Origin: Gekko japonicus
Lineage: Eukaryota
Reading direction: 5' to 3'
Length of the DNA stretch: 64,000 bases
Assembly (NCBI RefSeq): GCF_001447785.1
Contig: NW_015165243.1
Location: 512,313-576,312 of the forward strand
Shown here: positions 1-11,754 of the stretch, piece by piece
Layout of the letters: every line of letters begins with the position of its first letter
Position numbering within the stretch: the first letter of the stretch is position 1
Translations under genes and position numbers: made by a program
The notes under the pieces: generated by a model
Database searches by the model: none
Told to the model about the DNA's origin: nothing
Seen by the model: the letters and a program-made list of their open reading frames with translations, nothing else

Positions 1-1385
1 TGTGAAGTCGATGGGAAAGAGAGGGCATAGTTATATTATCAGCCTGATGTTGGAAATGGGATGGGATACTCATCCTGACAGAAAGAAGTTCATGGGCATT
101 CTGCTGCCAGTGAAAGCCAATAAACTCCAAATGAAATAGTTAAATCTGCCCCCCACCACAAAAGCATAGATTATAGATATTCAATCAGAGGGCCTTTCCA
201 TTCTTCCAAATTAGCCAAACAATTGCTCCATACTGGTACAAACAAAGATGTTTTGCCCAATACAGAGTCTGGACTGTAATCAAAATTCTGAGGGAGTGAA
301 ACACTGTGTGTTTCAACCTCAACAACATGCGGAAGAAAACTGTTATAAAACTTTTTTCTACTGAACAACAGTGATAAATAGGGAATAGGGAGTTATCAAT
401 GCTGATTGTACAAACTGAGCATGAGTTCATTCTGTGATGTAAAGGATCACCTTAATATGATCATGTACATAAACAGCTGTGACCAGCAGGTTTCACAGCA
501 AATTGACCCCCCCACACACATGTAGTTTCAGTAAGCAGCAAAGTTTATATAAAATCCTTGGGAGTGAGGCTAGTCTAAATATAATATACTTGCACTGGAA
601 ATAACATTTATTTCATTTAGACCCAAGGCATTACCGATGGCAGAAGCAAGACTGGAATGCACAGATAATTATCTTTAAGGCCAGTCATCGTTTAGAAGGC
701 CCGCATAGTATCACCTTTAAGATCAAGCCAAGACATTCCAGTCTGAATCAGGGTTTATTTATTAAAGGATTTAGCACTTTCAGATCCCATATTGCTTGGA
801 AGACCACCAATTTCCATTCTCAAATATCCAATTTCTCCAATTTCTTGTTATATGCTTTAGACCTTCAGGATCATATCTGCACATTCACAAATGAAGGGCT
901 CTAACATTCTTTTCACTTACTGATGTGGATTCTATTGGAATCACCCTCAAAACAAAATCTTACCAAGATTCTCCAATAATTCGTGAAGTTTCTTTGATAG
1001 ATATGAATGGTGAGAAACATCAAAAACGTTTCTGGATGGATATTTAGGATTTTAGCTTATACTTGATTGGTCCAGGAATGATTTAATCAAGATCAGTCCA
1101 GGTTATTGAAGAAGCTTTCATGACATCACTTAGCATGGCAAGACAAAGAATGGATACCCTTTTCTAAATGACAGCTCAGAGTGATCTGTAACAATCAAGA
1201 ACAAAGAACTTCCCCTCACCCACACCACTTTTTTTTTTGCTTAATCGTATCATAATGTTTTCAGTATAAACACACTTCTGAGCAGTATTATTTGTTTGAA
1301 GAGAACTGTCTACTTCCTTCAGCAATTCAAGATGGTTACTAAGGTAAATATTATGCCATGGATGTAAGACTAAGAGGTAAATAAG

Positions 1386-1828
1386 GGCCCCTGCCACACC
1401 GGGGGGGGGAGCACAGCTAAAGTGCGGCTTTTTAGAGCCGCACCAAAAGAGACACGTGGTGGCAGGATCAGATAGATCCCCTGAGCCGCCGCGCAGTTCC
1501 TCCCCGGCACGATCAGATGCCGGGGGGGAGCCACTGAAGGGAGAGTGAGGTAGCTGGCTGCGCATGTGTGCACATGCGCAGCTCGACCGGGAGCCTTAAT
1601 TGCTCCTGCAGACGAACACACCGGCAATCTCACGGCCGCGTGTGCTGCGGTGTTTCGGGTAAGTCCTGCTCTTTTGCAGGTTCTGTTTTCATGTGCATTT
1701 TCATCCTGAAGGGCCGGATTGGGGATGGGTGCGTGCCACTTCCCAGATGTTGCGGTGTGATCGCACCCGTTTGCTGCGTCCCCGATCCGTCCCTCTTCCG
1801 GACCTAAACCTCCCGTGTTACCAGGGCC
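1386..1828. mobile_element. PIF/Harbinger-like MITE, copy A
   Basis: Imperfect TIRs ggcccctgccacac / gtgttaccagggcc. 3-bp direct repeat AAG at 1383-1385 and 1829-1831. CpG-rich. A related copy lies inverted at 20724-21131. Confidence 0.7.
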
Positions 1829-3215
1829 AAGGTTTGCTTTTTAGAGGGAATAATACTCTTTACTGATGTGGTTTTCGTACTGAGTTTCTAGGAATTCTGA
1901 CATTCTGCAGAAGCTTATCAGGGACAACTCTAGATGGCCAGTAAATGCAGACAAGCCAGAAGGAAGCCCACTAGTATCAATCTTCCTCTGCAATGTGCAG
2001 ATGCATGGGTGTGTTATTAGTCTGCACAGTCAGTTCATATGAGGCAACTGAACCAAAGAACCAAAAGCCTCATCAGCACCTTATAGGACCTGTGGTAGAA
2101 TCCCCTGCAGTATACTGCAGTATACATACAGCTCATCAATAGAGAAATCTACTTTCAAACACTTTTTAAAAAATGCCTGATTCCTATCACATCAGCCCTT
2201 GCTTACATTGCAGATAGCAATCTAGATCTAAAAAGAATATACCAAATGTCATCAGAAAGATAAGACCATGAAGGATGCAGGTATCAAAAAGGATTAACTA
2301 TCAATATAGTTCCAAAAGAGGGGGGAAATCATACTTTCAAAAATATTATGTCACTATATCAGCAGAACCTTCTTAAAGAAACAGAGCTTAATATGTAGAA
2401 AAGGGAATGCTAGTAGGTTTGGAAACACCACCACCTGATCTGGAAACTATTCTTCCCAATCCTTGATGTGCAGGGGTCTTGTTAGAAAGAAACATCAGTA
2501 GTACTCCAACCAACAAATAATAATCATCTTGTAAGTGACAGTTTGTATACAGTCACCACTTTTTCATTAAAATCTTTAGCAAAACAATAAGGAATTATAA
2601 GGTAATGCCTAAATTCAGGTTTTAATACATTACTGACGTTAAAATTACATGAACACAGCATAAATACATGCTTTCTTCACCTTAATTAAGGTAGCCAGTA
2701 GGCAAAAGTTCAAAATGCACAGTATGGTTCTGGTTATCCACACTTTCCTTCTGCACCAAATGAACTGTATCTAATGACGTTAGTGTGCCTTCCTGTCTGA
2801 AAATGACTCTCAGCTATACAAACTCACCATATATAGACAAATAAAGTCCTGCACAAGCTGTTTGAGTCACTGTGATCCAACTGATATACTTTATGAAACA
2901 CAGAGTCTAAACCAAGATATGTCAAAATGTACCAAATCTAAAATTATGTGAAGTTAAATTTCTATAGTGGTAGAGAGAAACGATTATCTATAAGGGTTAA
3001 CGATGTGTGTAGTTATTTTTTTCATAACACTGTTTCTTCCCATTTCTCCTGCCACCATTTTCCTCCCCCCCCCCTTTTATCACTAAAGCAGTTGAACTGC
3101 AATACTAAACTTGGGGTGGATTGGGTTCAGGCAATGTCAAAGAGAGGAAAGAATAGTGTCCATTTATATTTCTGTGATCATCATACTGTTATTCATGCAT
3201 ATGTAAAGTCATATT

Positions 3216-3564
3216 GGAGCTGCGGTGGCTCAAGTGGTTAAGATGCTGAACTGCGGGCTGTGGAAGGTCGGTAGTTCAGCAGTTCGAGACTCGGGTTGCC
3301 ACATGACGGAGTGAGCTCCCGTCTCTAGTTCCAGCTCCTGCCAACCTAGCAGTTCGAAGCAAGAAATTGCAAGTAGATAAATAGGTACCACTTCAGTGGG
3401 AAGTTAACAGCATTCTGTGCGTCTTGGTGTTTAGTCATGCTGGCCACATGACCACAGAAATGTGTTCGGACAGCGCTGGCTCTTCGGTTTGAAACGGAGA
3501 TGAGCACCGCAACCCTAGAGTCGGATTCGACTGGCTTTCGAGCAACGGAACCTTTACCTTTACC
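3216..3564 (+). mobile_element. Sauria SINE (tRNA-derived head, RTE/BovB-related tail)
   Basis: Head GGAGCTGCGGTGGCTCAAGTGGTTAAG, core gctcctgccaacctagcagttcgaa, (ACCTTT)n tail. TSD taaagtcatatt at 3204-3215 and 3565-3576. Confidence 0.92.
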
Positions 3565-3620
3565 TAAAGTCATATTGGTCATAGTTATTTGCCAAATCTG
3601 GACATATTACTTTAAAGGAA

Positions 3621-3841
3621 TCCTCCCCTCTTTTATTTGCCATCAAGTTGCAGTCGACTTATGGTGATCCCCTTAGAGTTTTCAAGGCAAGAGATGATCA
3701 GAGGTGGTTTGCCATTGCCTGCCTCTGTGTTGCAACCCTGGACTTCCTTGGTGGACTCCCAGACAAATACTGATTAGGGCTGACTCTGCTCAACTTCCAA
3801 GATCTGACAAAGTCAGGCCAGCCTGGGCTATCCAAGTCAGG
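3621..3841 (-). mobile_element. 5S rRNA-derived SINE with RTE-like 3' tail
   Basis: The minus strand reads ...gtcagatcttggaagttgagcagagtcagccc...agtatttgtctgggagtccaccaaggaa (5S internal control region), then ggcaatggcaaaccacctctg...ccataagtcgactgcaacttga. TSD ttaaaggaa at 3612-3620 and 3842-3850. Confidence 0.85.
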
Positions 3842-4139
3842 TTAAAGGAAACACAATAAACTGATAACAAAAAAATGCTGTTATTATTTTGGCTTTTTAT
3901 GTGTCTTTAACAGCCACTATTAACAGCCACTATTTTCCCAAATTGCATAGTGCCTCCACTCCACATAGAGCCCCATTTCATGAGTTACTATAGCAATATG
4001 TTTAGATTAACTCTATTCCCAGTCTTGTCAAGTCATATATTTATGATTACTATTTATTATAATTATAGGCTGCTTTTCAGAAAATTGAGTCTCAAAACAA
4101 CTCATATCAATAGACAAGAAATATACCCCTTATTGATTT

Positions 4140-4310
4140 TACCATGACTTTAATTCCAGCTCTCATCATTTCCTGTCTTGATTACTGTAATTTATTCTTC
4201 ACCAGTCCACTAGTGTCCCATCAAGAACCTCTTATCTTATTTCTGAACTATGCTGCTCACTTTGTCTCTTTCTTACTAGTTCCTCTCTGTGCATATTTGT
4301 GCTCCCCTTC
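4140..4310 (+). mobile_element. Old L2 LINE ORF2 fragment
   Basis: Translation LIPALIISCLDYCN...LNYAAHFV resembles the L2 motif ALIISRLDYCN...QNAAAR. Confidence 0.6.
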
Positions 4311-4429
4311 ACTAGCAAGAAGTCGTAAAGCCAGTGTCTCCCATAGTGCTTTTCAGTTTGAGCCCCCAAGACATACAGGCCTTCATCAGCAACGACGTAA
4401 CAGACTAGAGCTGTTTTACTTCATAGCTT

Positions 4430-4503
4430 TTTGAACTGCCCTGAGCCCGCTTGTGGGGAGGGTGGGCTATAAATCTAATAATAAAATAAATAAATAAATA
4501 AAC
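4430..4503 (+). mobile_element. L2-type 3' tail
   Basis: gccctgagcccgcttgtggggagggtggg stem-loop followed by (TAAA)n. The same tail ends the L2 copies at about 20360 and 58850. Confidence 0.75.
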
Positions 4504-6856
4504 TTAGACAGCTGGTTGTTTTTGTGGCAAAAGCTTCCAAAGTTAGCCTAGACATCGCCTGAGTAACAGCGTATGTGACCTAGCAACTTAGTAATGTTTT
4601 GAACTTTGGCTTCCTAGTCTTCTTTACTTCCCCCTGTATGATTCCTGGACCCTTAATTCCCATTCTTGGAACTGGAATTTTTGAATTGTTTATCTGACTA
4701 TAACTAGCAATGAGCGAGATGCCATTGCTTAGATATGGAATACCTTCTCCTAGAACAATATTGTTTGGGATAACTTCGAACTAGGCACCAACAGGCTTTT
4801 GTTAAAACTCACCAGATTCCTAACTGCAGGCTTTGATGATATCACTGGGAACATAACAGGGGCAGGAGGTTTCTGGAAACCTACCACCCTGCAAGCGCCC
4901 AAGCTATACCTTCATCTGCCTCTTATTTCCAACATGACTCTCTTGATGCTTCATGTACTGAGAATTAACTTTCCCAACACTTGTCTTGTTCCATGTAAGC
5001 TCTCCTTCAATGTTTTTTTTTAAATGACATTTTCATTTAGTTACCACTTGGGCTCCCTCTTCTAATTTGTATTTGTATTACTTCCAAGCTGTTTTCCTTC
5101 CCACTTCCTCCCCTTTCCTATACTCTAGTCGCATTGTGTCAGTCCCGTTTCGTTACATGGCAGATCAGAGAGTCTATAACTTTTGTGAGGAAAACAAATT
5201 GGGGTGGAGGCTGAGGGCTAAGCTTCTTCATTGAGTCCAATGTCAATGAACTCTGAAGTCCAGCCTGCAGGACTGATGCGGAAGCCTACACCCACAAGGC
5301 TGACCACATAGCCAAGGGAAGGAACCTGGAATACAGAAAGAAGTGCTGCTGACTCAAGGATGAACATGGGCATAAAGCCACTTTTTAAACGGTGTATGGC
5401 AATTTTCTCCTCCAGACAGTGCCAGTAGGAGACTTTATGGGATAATCATACGGTGAGACAATTATGACAAGCGTGTCCAAACAATGGAAAACTTTTTTCA
5501 CAACACAGAAAACTCTGGTAATTTTAAAACTAGTGACAATCTGAAAAATAATTAAACAAGAATGTGTTAAGCAGAAAATCCTGTTTTAAGTAATTTTAAA
5601 TTCTTGGTGCTTTTTTGAATAAAATGTTATAACTCATAATAATATTACAAGGAAAAATGCTATAACCCTCCACATACATGGCTTAAATTTAAGCTAACCT
5701 GAGGTTAATGAGATTTACTCCCAAATCAAATGCAGGTAGCACTGTAGCCTGAAGCAAGATGAATTATTGGGAAGATGTGTCATAATTTGTACCTTGACGA
5801 AAGAGAAACATAAATTATAAAGGGTGTTAATTACTGACCCTCAGGTAATCTTGAAGACATTTAAAACCAAATCACAAATTTGGGGAAATTCACTCTCTCA
5901 GACTCAGTTCCACGTCTGTAAAACAGATATAATTGTGGTTTATTACAAAGGATTACTCTGAAGATGACTCAGAAAAGGATAAGACACCCTGCACACTTGT
6001 ACGTCTCACATGTAATAACTGCTGTTTTAAAATCAGCATACGCATCACTAAGGAAGTATGGATGTTAATATCACAATTAGCACACTATAAGCAAACGATG
6101 TTTGAGGGTGCTTAATGTGGGTACAAAGAAACTGGGCCATTTTGCCATTTATTTGAATGTGGTGTTCCTCTGTCTACCTGATCTGTCACTGCCAAGAATG
6201 GGCCTTTTCAAATGGGTGGTAAGAGAGAGAATGTAGTCAAATGTATGCTGTCCATTCAATTTTCCCATAAGATAAAAAGGAAAGCAGTGCTCATGACCAA
6301 CTTCGTAGCAGGTTAAGATTATGCCCCAGGATACAACAAGTGAATTATTACACAGATATTCCATTGCTACAATTACAGGTATCTTGCATGTTTCAATTTG
6401 TGCAATCCATTGCTAACAACAAAAGAAATTTCAGCCTGTTATATCTCTGGAGTATGACTTTGGTCGTCAGATTTTATTGTGACAATCTTATAGAAGCACA
6501 GTTGTTTTAATCAAAAATACCCTATAGGAAATAAATTTTATAACACCAATTTATAAACAAAAATAATGACAATGTGAAAAGTCACCAGAACAGTTCAATG
6601 GAGTACTTGATAAATTATTTCTAGAATTTACAATCCAGCACAAGGAGAAAAACATCAGTGACTCTAGGCACATGTGAACACACTGCAAGGGCGCCCTCAC
6701 TCACAGCATATAACCTTTGATTCCTTTGTTTATCATAATGTGCTGACAGAAAGTTGCAATGATGCTCCTTCATGCAATAACTAAATTTGGATTAATGAAG
6801 GATCTTTGTTTTTGAATTTGATAATCGCTCTTTATAACCTTAGGGAATAATGCAAT

Positions 6857-7119
6857 GTTTGGTGCAGTGGTTAGGAGCGCGGACTCTAATCAGGGAGAAC
6901 TGGGTTTGTTTCCCTACTCCTCCACAAGCAGCAGCTGGTGTGACCTTGGGTTCTTTCAGAGCTGTTCTCTCATGAGCAGTTCTCGAAAGAGCTCTCTCAG
7001 CCTCACCTGCCTCACAGGGTGTCTGTTGTGGGGAGGGGAAGGGAAAGGAGATTATAAACTGCTCTGAGACTACTTCAGGTAGTGAAGGACAGGGTATAAA
7101 TCCAATCTCTTCTCTTCTT
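6857..7119 (+). mobile_element. Squam3-type tRNA-derived SINE
   Basis: Box A tggtgcagtggttagg, box B gggtttgtttccc, body ctctcagcc...cctcacagggtgtctgttgtgggg, tail ggtataaatccaatctcttct. Confidence 0.85.
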
Positions 7120-7634
7120 ATGTGCAGATTTGAAAACTAATAAAATACTGGCTCCTAACCTTGTTGCCTCTACATGGGGCCCAACTCAGGTTTTCACTGC
7201 TCTCTTACTGCTAAAGGATTGGGTGAAAACACTGCTTCTTCTGTTAACTTTGCAAGAGATAACAATATGCCACCTGGTCTAATGTGATAGGTGAATAAGC
7301 CAGGAAAAGAGGATATCTTAAGTAAAGCTAACATCTGTCTCAAACAGGGGGGAAAATCTCTCTTTCACTCACATAAACACCATTAGAACACAAAAATAAA
7401 TCAAATGATTTATGTATGTACCGGCTTAGGATTTACACTGAACAACAGAAGTCAAGCCTAGGTTGCCTGATATGGTAGCTTGCAAAAAATCAGTTGTAAC
7501 AAGTATCATGGACCTCTACCCATCTGTAAAAAGCAGATTATATGTGCACAGCCCCAGTTAGGATGAGGGCTATGTGGTCAAAGCAGTGGACATTTATCCT
7601 ACTAATCAAAACCAGGCTCTCTATACTGTTATTA

Positions 7635-7984
7635 GGAGCTGCGGTGGCTCAAGTGGTTAAGATGCTGAACTGCAGGCTGTGGAAGGTCAGTAGTTCAGGA
7701 GTTCAAGACTCGGGTGCCGCAAGACGGGGTGAGCTCCTGTCTCTAGTTCCAGCTCCTGCCAACCTAGCAGTTCGAAAGCAAGAAATTGCAAGTAGATAAA
7801 TAGGTACCACTTTGGTGGGAAGGTAACAGCGTTCCGTGCGCCTTGCTGTTTAGACATGCCGGCCACATGACCACGGAAACGTCTTCGGACAGCGCTGGCT
7901 CTTCGGCTTTGAAACGGAGATGAGCACCGCAACCCTAGAGTCGGATTCGACTGGCTTTCGAGCAAGGGAACCTTTACCTTTACC
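7635..7984 (+). mobile_element. Sauria SINE (young, CpG-rich)
   Basis: Same structure as 3216-3564 with an (ACCTTT)n tail. TSD ctatactgttatta at 7621-7634 and 7984-7997. Confidence 0.93.
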
Positions 7985-8097
7985 TATACTGTTATTAGTA
8001 TTTTAGTAAGAAAGAAAGCTGTTTAAAGGACACATTTCCCCCCCTTTAAGACACTAATAACAGTACAGAGTCCCGATTTAAAGAGTTGAAGGGTTGT

Positions 8098-8298
8098 AGC
8101 CAGTGTGGCACAGTGATCAGATCTGGGAGACCCAGATTCCGATCCCAGTTCTGCCATGGAAGCTGGGCTAGTCAGACACTCTCTCAGCCTAAGCTACCTT
8201 ACAGGGTTGTTTAAGGCATAAATCAGAGAATGAAAGAGAGAATCTTGTTGGAATCCACTCTGCAGCCCCCAAAGCAGGGTATAGATATATAAAGAAAT
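8098..8298 (+). mobile_element. Older Squam3-like SINE
   Basis: agccagtgtggcacagtg...ctgggagacccagattccgatccc...ctctctcagcctaagctaccttacagggttgtt; diverged. Confidence 0.6.
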
Positions 8299-8439
8299 AT
8301 AATCCCCCCCTCCCTGCACAGCTCCAATATGAATGGGGGCCATGAGTGCATGCACTAATTTGTCTATTACATTTATATTCTTTGCTACATCTCTTGTAGC
8401 CCTAAAGCTCAAATGTGACAGTTTCCTTTTCTTGGCTGT

Positions 8440-8890
8440 ATTATTTATTTTATTTATTTATTTATTCGACTTTTATCCCGCCCTCCCGCCGAAGCGGCTC
8501 AGGGCGGCTCACAACATTAAAATAAATAAAACAATACTTCTAATACAATCTATGCACTACATTAAAATCGAAATTTACATACAGACTAACAAATTCATAC
8601 TCATGCTCATGGCGGCAACCATAAAGTGCTTCATGCTTGATCCAGATTATTAAAAGCTTGGCGGAATAACTCCGTCTTCACTGCTCTCCGGAACTGACAC
8701 AGGTCCCGGAGGGCGCGGATCTCATGCGGGAGCTGGTTCCATAGAGTTGGTGCTGCCAAGGAGAACGCCCTAGTTCTCGTAGATGTTAATTTGGCGTCCC
8801 TAGGGCCAGGGGGGACTAGACGATCTTGCGTCTCAGATCTCAGCGCTCTCGGGGGAACATACGGGGAAAGGCGGTCCCGCAGGTAGACAG
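8440..8890 (-). mobile_element. L2 LINE 3' fragment
   Basis: (TTTA)n plus cccgccctcccgccgaagcggctcagggcggctcacaac tail on the + strand, followed by the ORF2 C-terminal region in antisense. Confidence 0.8.
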
Positions 8891-8919
8891 AAGATATTTC
8901 TGTATTAAATACAGAGGAT

Positions 8920-9493
8920 CAGCCTCGTAGCCAGGAATTTTTTTGGAGGGGGCGCCGGGGGCATTAAATTAAGCTGAGATGGGGCATCCATACAGAGAAT
9001 GGCTTTCCAGGTGCTGGATCCTTTCAGTTGGGGCAGCTTGCTCTTGGTCCCTGCCCCAGCCAGCCGCAGCCAACATGAACGCAGTCCTGATCAGGAGAGC
9101 CATAGGGCTGCACAGCCACCAGTCCCAGAGCAATGGCATGAGACAGCGGCAGGCAGCCTAAGCCTAGCAGCAGCTCCATGGCCATGCTCTGGCTGCTGGC
9201 TTTGACTTTCCTGCTGGGGCTGTGGAACCAGCGGCTTGTGGAGCAGGGTTGATGCCATAGCGCACATAGGCACAGCTCCCGTCCAACAGCCGGGCCAGCC
9301 AGTTGAAGCTCCATGCCTCCCAGGACACCTGCAGCCATGACACCATCTCATCCGCCGAGAAGCCTGGCAGAACCCTGAGCCTCCAGCCCCTGGCTTCAGA
9401 AGACCCCCCCCCCCCGCATTTCAGCCACCTTCCTCAGATTTCAAAGCCCTGAGCTGGCTTGTTCTTGTGGGAAGCCTACGGGCTACGGGCCTG
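8920..9493. mobile_element. hAT-like non-autonomous DNA transposon
   Basis: TIRs cagcctcgtagcc / ggctacgggcctg. Degenerate 8-bp TSD cagaggat / tagggaat. One end is shared with 49589-50389. Confidence 0.65.
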
Positions 9494-10711
9494 TAGGGAA
9501 TCCATTTTATCTACTCAATGTTTATTAAGCAAAAACTCACTTGGGAGAGAATAATGGATCTCCACAATGGACTGATCATGGAGAATGTTCACTGATACTT
9601 TTATCTTTCTCAGCATACACAAGGCTTCTTTGGGAACACTGTAAAGAATTTATTTTTTAAAAAAAATCATCATGACAGTGTACCACCATAACAAATAAAC
9701 AGCCCTATCTTATAGCTCCTGTAGCTGCTTAAGATACTGTTTAACATGCTAAATATCAATTGCCCTATGAATGCCACTTGACGTGAGTCTGTGAACAATT
9801 CCATATACACCGGGTATGTTCTTTTTATATTCAGACTGAAATCCAGCTTCAACAATTGTAAGATGCATTGTAAAAACATTTAAAGTTTTAATTGGCTGAT
9901 AAAGTGAAACCTTAATCCATTTCACATGGATTACCCTACAGCTAGTTATAAATTCTGTGTGAGAAACGGTATGTTTTAATGCCTTTTGAATTATCATGTT
10001 TTTATAAAGAAAAGGACAACTGGTTTTATGTGCAGGTAAAGAAACATTGGCATAAAATCATTATTTGATTTTCAGTAAGTCATCTTGGCAGAACACATGA
10101 AACAGCTGCATGACCCTAGTATCTGCTTGAGGCTACATCTGTATTTTTCTCAACCCACTACCACCTGTCTGCTCTAATGTTACTGGAGACTGGTAGGTAT
10201 CAAATCCCAGTGGGTCTTTAACTATCATGATGATGAAGACCATTCCACACTACCCTAAATAACGTCTTGACACTTTCCATAAACAAACACTTGTACAATG
10301 CAGGATGTAGCATGATCACATACTGTTGGAAAACTTATTTTATTTTCTAATGGTGAATGCCAAAGAAAATGTGGGTAAGAATATATACATTTGCATTCTT
10401 CAGAATAATTCATTCAAGCTTAGTGCATGTATAACATTGGAAAGCATATTAGGGCTAGGGACAAATTAAATCCTTTTACATCCTGAACCTATGAAATGTT
10501 ATACAAGTGCAGTAGCTCACCAAATCACACATATGTAGCCCTGAGCTGGAGTCAGAGAAATAGCTGTCTTTAGATCCTGTCTATTGGATCTTACCAGGAC
10601 TCAGACACTACAGGTATGCTTTAAAAGAGATTGACTCATCCCTAACCTAGATAGACCAGGCAAGCCCAATATCATCAGATCTCAGAAGTTAAACAGGGCC
10701 AGCTCTCGCTA

Positions 10712-11320
10712 TGGTAAGAAAGAAGTCTGATAAAGGGCCAATATTAAAAACCTAGTGTAAACTTATAATATACAAAAATACATGTTTTTATTAGAAAGGC
10801 AGTTAAAAACAAATAAGGGCCCAGTGAAAGCCTCGTTACAAAGTGCAAGTAGCCTGAACACAAGGGCCAATGCAAGTGACCTATTGGGGGCCTTGTTCAG
10901 AGGTCGAATAGTTTGAGGTACACATGTTACAATATCACATGTTTGAGGTACACATGTTACATGTTACAACATCACATATTACAATAAAATGACCAATGTT
11001 AATACTGGACCAAAAAAAGGAAAGTTAATCAGCAAGATCAATAGACACAAGACAGGGATGTTTATGAGGCCTCTAAAGATGGGAGTCACTGCTATTTGTT
11101 TGAGGACACTCTAGCTCTGATAAAGATAGTCACATAGGTACTTTCTGGACCAGAAATGGAAGATGTTCTAATTCAGCAGCTGTGCATTTGGCACCAGACA
11201 CATGACTCTCATCTTTAGAGGGATTTAATATTGGCCCTTTATCAGACTTCTTTCTTACCCTTGTGGATCTTGATTCCAGTTTTTGGGTCAAGTTTGTTTT
11301 CCCCTCCCTGTGTCTTACCA
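10712..11320. mobile_element. Insertion with inverted terminus, probably a Penelope-like element remnant
   Basis: Perfect 36-bp inverted repeat at 10713-10748 and 11224-11259. Termini tggtaaga / tcttacca. 10-bp TSD gctct(c/t)gcta at 10702-10711 and 11321-11330. The family assignment is inference. Confidence 0.6.
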
Positions 11321-11338
11321 GCTCTTGCTAGTACTTGG

Positions 11339-11754
11339 TGTTGGAAATGTATGTATTTACAAGGTCTGACAATCCAGTCATTATAGGGTTAACTCGTTTA
11401 CCTAGTATTGCTATTGTTTAGACAGACCTGGAAGGGATAACTGGCACTGAGCCAATGGGGAATTAGCCCGGGAAAAGTAGCTTCTATTGTGATACAGTTT
11501 GGTTGTTTGTTTTCAGGTGACTTCCTTTCTAGGGGTTGAGAAGGACAGATTCTCCATTATCTCTGTGTTAGTGTTGAACTATAGGCAGTTTAGAAAATGT
11601 AGCTGTTAGATGTTCTGTTTATTTTGTAGTTTCCCTGTGTACCTTTACCCTTAGAAATAAAGGTTTTTAAAAGCAAAGAAATCTCTTCTTTCCAGTAGAG
11701 CAAGATCCATTGATACTCTGAGTATTTTAAATACTTTTGACTATTTTTACAACA
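11339..11754 (+). mobile_element. Solo LTR (416 bp, Gypsy-like)
   Basis: TGTTG...CAACA termini. 5-bp TSD cttgg / gttgg. AATAAA near 11656. Confidence 0.8.

Noticed and set aside
3216-3841. tRNA and 5S rRNA genes
   Set aside because: These are SINE heads with LINE-derived tails and TSDs, not complete RNA genes.
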